A stretch of 64,000 nt of DNA from Eledone cirrhosa. Lineage: Eukaryota. This document shows positions 58,973 to 64,000 of the stretch, piece by piece. The notes beneath the pieces were generated by a model. It ran no database searches. It was given only the letters and a program-made list of their open reading frames with translations, and was not told the origin of the DNA. The stretch is from positions 46,748,001-46,812,000 of the forward strand of contig OZ024751.1 in assembly GCA_964016885.1 (NCBI GenBank), read 5' to 3'. How positions within the stretch are numbered: the first letter of the stretch is position 1; every line of letters begins with the position of its first letter. A program made the position numbers and the translations under genes.

Positions 58973-59248
58973 GTATATACATATATATCCAAGGATTACA
59001 TCAACAGAGGTTCGACGAGCTTTTGATTCCAGAGTTGGGCCAGATCGATACATATCGAACCCATGAGCTGATCAATAGCGAAACGCGCGTCACTAGTCAA
59101 TAAACGAAATGAAGGACTAGCGTCCGAAATGTTAAGACCATCTTCCTGTTATATCAAGCGTTAACCTAATATATTCCTTCCATATACTGTACCGATTGTG
59201 TTGTTATTTCTGTTTACGTTTTACATATATATATATATATATATATAT

Positions 59249-59642
<394 letters not shown>

Positions 59643-59747
59643 TATTTAACCCAAAGTGCCGCACAGTGGGACTGAACCCAGTTACATGGTTGGGAAGCAA
59701 ACTCCTTAACCACTCGGCCAACACAGTACCTAACTTACATAAATATA

Positions 59748-59938
59748 GCTGTTTCTATTTTTGGCACAAGGCCACCAATTATCCCAGTGCATTACTGGTA
59801 CTTTATTTTATCGACCCCGTAAGTATGAAAGGCAAAGTTAACCTCGGCGAGATTTGAACTCAGACCGTAAAGGGACGTAATTCTATGCCACAAATCATGG
59901 TGTCTGACCCTCTACCGATACCACCAATCCACTGCCTT
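59748..59938 (-). mobile_element. SINE family A
   Basis: Reverse-complement match to 47279. Confidence 0.9.
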
Positions 59939-60451
59939 AACATAAATATAACACGTAAAAAATAGTAAATAAAGGGATTTATAAACAGGGACTCTTATTT
60001 CTCGTCCAGTTACTTCCGGTACAAATAAATTAGAGTGGTGGTGGTTGTGGTGGTGGTGGAGGTGGTGGTGGTAGTGGTGGTGGTGGTGATGGTGGTGGTG
60101 GTGATGGTGTTGGTGGTGTTGGTGGAGGTGATGGTGTTGGTGTTGGTGATGTGGTGGTGGTGGTGGTGCTAGTAGTGGTGGTGGTGGTGGTGGTGGTTGT
60201 GAGTACAGGGTGTAAACAAGACCCCATTGAATGGTGTTCATAATTTATACTGAATTACGACATCGAATAATAATGATAATATAGAGTATTGATAGAGGTG
60301 AGATTAAGCGGTAATCATTGACCTGGACAACCGGAAATAGACAACCGGAAGTATGCAACATCTCCGGGTCTCCTTATTTACACTTCATACTTTTTAATTC
60401 TATCATAATAGATTCGAAAATGCGTGTGCGTGCATATATATATATATATAT

Positions 60452-60655
60452 AGTAATAATAATAAATTTGAAGACTAAAATCCAAAGAGGGCTCGATAAG
60501 GATAAATATATATCAAATATATAGGAACCGTAGAACAAATATTTATTAAAGTAACAGTTTAAGTAAAGAATCGCTGCTTTCACCCTTAACGGGATCTTCT
60601 GAAACTCTTCTGAAGCAGCGATTCTTTGCTTAAACTTTAATCTGTTATTTTAATA

Positions 60656-60657
<2 letters not shown>
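60452..60657. mobile_element. (TA)n-associated repeat family 4 with internal inversion
   Basis: agtaataataataaat..gaagactaaaatccaaagagggctcgataagg block, also at about 18928-19050 (opposite orientation), 35143-35250, 38036-38092 and 50213-50400. Confidence 0.8.
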
Positions 60658-60725
<68 letters not shown>

Positions 60726-60818
60726 GATTTACATATATATATAAAGTCACAGATATATATGTGGCAACCGTTCACGATGTGGCTCGATTAAGAATTAATA
60801 AATTAAATAATCAGAGCA

Positions 60819-61097
60819 ATATATCATAAATTATGTCCCTAGAATTATTAGATAAAATATATACAATTTCTTCTCCCAATTAGCATAATTAACCATACAA
60901 AAAATCAGTTACACCAGGCTATAAGAATAAAGGCTCCTCTGAAGAAATATTAGATAAATAACCGAAAGCAGCCTCTTCGCGGTTGACCACAATAGAGTAT
61001 TTACCCAACATTTCAACAGCATGTAGAAACTAACCAAATATATCGTCAACCATACATAATTAGGTATAAAATCTAATAATTCTAGGGACATGATTTA

Positions 61098-61105
<8 letters not shown>
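60819..61105. repeat. About 33-bp inverted repeats around a spacer of about 215 bp
   Basis: atatcataaattatgtccctagaattattagat / atctaataattctagggacatgatttatgatat, in a (TA)n-bounded island. Confidence 0.75.
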
Positions 61106-61179
<74 letters not shown>

Positions 61180-61227
61180 ATGTGTATATATGTATATATG
61201 TGTGTATATATATATATGTATATATTT

Positions 61228-61260
<33 letters not shown>

Positions 61261-61339
61261 ATATATATACATATGCTTACTTTTTTTCTTATTTTCATAT
61301 CTTTTTATTTAATATTGGTGGTAGACGACCAGTAAAAAA

Positions 61340-61875
61340 TAATTGTTTCTACTTTTGGTACAAGGCCAGCAATTACCACCAGTGTATTACTGGTACTTTG
61401 TTTTATCGACCCCGTAAGGATGAAAGGCAAAGTTAACCTCGGCGGGATTTGAACTCAGACAGTAAAGGGACATAACTATGCTGAAAAGCATGGTGTCCGA
61501 CCATCTACCGATACTGCCAATCCCCCAATGAAATATAACTATATCGTATTATCTCCGGTGGATTAGCAGTATCGGTAGAGGGTCGGATGCCATACTTTGC
61601 AGCAAAGAGTTACGTCCATTTATGGTCAGAGTTCAAATCCCGCCGAAGTTAACTTTGCCTTTCATCCTTACGGAGTCGATAAAATAAAGTACCAGTAATA
61701 CACTGAGATAATTGCTGGCCTTGTGCCAAATATAGAAACAATTATCTCCTAAAGACAAAACATAAAAAAAAAAAGAAATGTGGTGTGTATATTTTATCCT
61801 TGCGGGGTCGATAAAATAAAGTACCAGTAATGCACTGAAATAATTGTTGGCCTTGTGCCAAAAATAGAAACAATT
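61340..61875. mobile_element. Cluster of SINE A copies: - (61340-61525), + (61556-61740), + 3' fragment (61795-61872)
   Basis: Head-to-head pair about 30 bp apart. ATTATCTCC flanks the + copy (possible TSD). Confidence 0.88.
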
Positions 61876-62496
61876 ATCTCCTAAAGACACACACACAAAA
61901 AAAAAAGAAATATGAATGTGTGTGTGTTTGTGTGTATTGTGTTTTAGGCGGCGAATTGGCAGAGTCGTTCGGGCGTCGGAAATAATGGTTTTTGTGGTAT
62001 TTGTCCAGACGCTGGGCCTCCGAGTTCAAATCCTACTTAGCATACTGTCACCGGAAAAGCGGTGTCGCTTCAGTCAACATTTGCGACCGACAGATAGTAT
62101 CAGCAATGAAAAGATCAATGGAAACATTGTTTCCTTGGTCCGGTTAGGAAAAGTGGGTCCTTTTCCTTTCCCAATTTTTTAAGTATATATTTCTTTTTTC
62201 GTTTGTTTGTTTTTACTGTCCGTTGTGTGTGTTTTGTGCACGTGTTAATACCACTACATCTTTTGTTAGTGGACATGATGTGTGTAACTAGCTGACGGGT
62301 CACTTGTAAAGTATTGTGAAGATTGTGTAAAAAAAGAATAGTTTCAGGGTGTGTGGGTGGTAGTTAATATGGGAGATGGGAGGACAAGGTATTTTACCAG
62401 GCGGTGTGTATATGTGTATGTGCTCAAACGTGTATGTATACATGCATATGCGTGCGTGTATGTATGTATATGTATGAAAGTGTATGTGTGTGTATA

Positions 62497-62687
62497 CAGC
62501 TAGAATTCCGTTATAACGAATACCATTATAACGAATTTTTCAGTATAACGAATTTTTTTTCAATCCCCGTGGTAATAACAAACAAATGTTCCATTTGTTT
62601 CGGCCGATCTCGTTATAAAGAATTTTTCGTTACAACGAATTTTTTTTTTATATACCTCGTAAATTTCGTTATAACGGAATATCACTG
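62497..62687. mobile_element. MITE, pogo/Tigger-like
   Basis: TA|CAGCTAGAATTCCGTTATAACGAA ... TTCGTTATAACGGAATATCACTG|TA, with internal TATAACGAA subterminal repeats. Confidence 0.85.
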
Positions 62688-63493
62688 TATATGTATAAGT
62701 CACGAACGTATATGTATATATGCGTACGCTTGCGTGTATGTATGTGTATCTAAGTGTATGTGTGTATATATGTATGAATTACGAACATGTATGTAAACAT
62801 GTATACGCGTGTGTGTGTGTGTATGTATGTATATGTAAGTCTATGTGTGTATATATGTATTGTTGGTGCTGTTACTGTTGTCGTGTCTGTTTAGGGTTGT
62901 GTTGATGATGGTGGGAGGTGAGACGGTGGTATTGCAGTGGTATGGCCCGTAGCTTTATTTGGAGGAGGGGAGGGGGGGGGGGGCAATGGTGATCATGTTA
63001 ATAATAATCAAACCAACGATCAAAGGCGTTCCATCCATGACCCCTTATTTAAAGAGTTCTTCCATTTTGAAAGAGTAATTGGGAGGATCTTTTAGTTGTT
63101 ATCTCTAACAGGGAGAGCAACCATCTAGTGGTCGAGGGTGGTGGAGGTAGGTGTGTTAGGGGCTGGGGTGTGGTTTCAGGCGATGGGGTCAATTTGAACA
63201 ATACATTATTGGTAATAGAACTATTGCGAAGAGAAGTGATAAAGAAATAGTGAAAGGAGTGACATGATTAGAGGTATGGGGGTTGGGGGGTTGGGGGGGG
63301 GGATAAGTGGCTTAATTGATTGACCAGTGACGTCACAGTATGTGGGCGCACGCCTTTATATGGAGTGGTGTGATGGCGGAAGATATGTAGGTAAATGAAA
63401 GAGAGACACACATAATGAGACTGGGATACATACAAACATTCATACATACATGTATATGTGTATACATATATACATGTATACATATATATGTAT

Positions 63494-63528
<35 letters not shown>

Positions 63529-63683
63529 AATATATATAAATATATATATATATATAAATATATATAAATATATATATATACACGCCCACAGACATACATA
63601 AATATATGCTATATGCTTGCATATATACATACGCATACATACATGTACATATATGTGTGTATACACACACACACACACACATA

Positions 63684-63771
<88 letters not shown>

Positions 63772-63786
63772 GTATATATATTATCT

Positions 63787-63824
<38 letters not shown>

Positions 63825-63844
63825 GTATACATATATGTGTGTAT

Positions 63845-63945
<101 letters not shown>

Positions 63946-64000
63946 GTATATATATTATCTATATATATATATAAATATATATATATATATGTATATATAT

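Overview
Eukaryotic, extremely microsatellite-rich animal DNA. The SINE repertoire and (TA)n/(CA)n density suggest a cephalopod, probably Octopus (inference). The only supportable protein gene is the 3' part of a chitin synthase on the + strand. It has 7 GT-AG exons with consistent phases (2239-2318, 5527-5629, 15392-15545, 16768-16935, 17831-17966, 19228-19428, 25848-27922), about 971 codons in total, and its 5' exons lie upstream of the window. Almost every other ORF in the track is a translation of simple repeats. The rest of the window is minisatellites, tRNA-derived SINEs, fragments of several LINE clades (R4/Dong-like, Tx1-like, CR1-group, RTE-like, CRE-like) and two TA-TSD MITEs. The most striking unexplained structure is a set of short non-coding fold-back elements embedded in (TA)n tracts. 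Several of their arms carry minimal type-I hammerhead ribozyme motifs (stem I-CUGAUGA-stem II-GAAA-palindromic hexamer-UA-stem I') whose pairing is retained between divergent copies. They are most likely non-autonomous Penelope-like/retrozyme-like elements, and transcription of either strand would yield one hammerhead.
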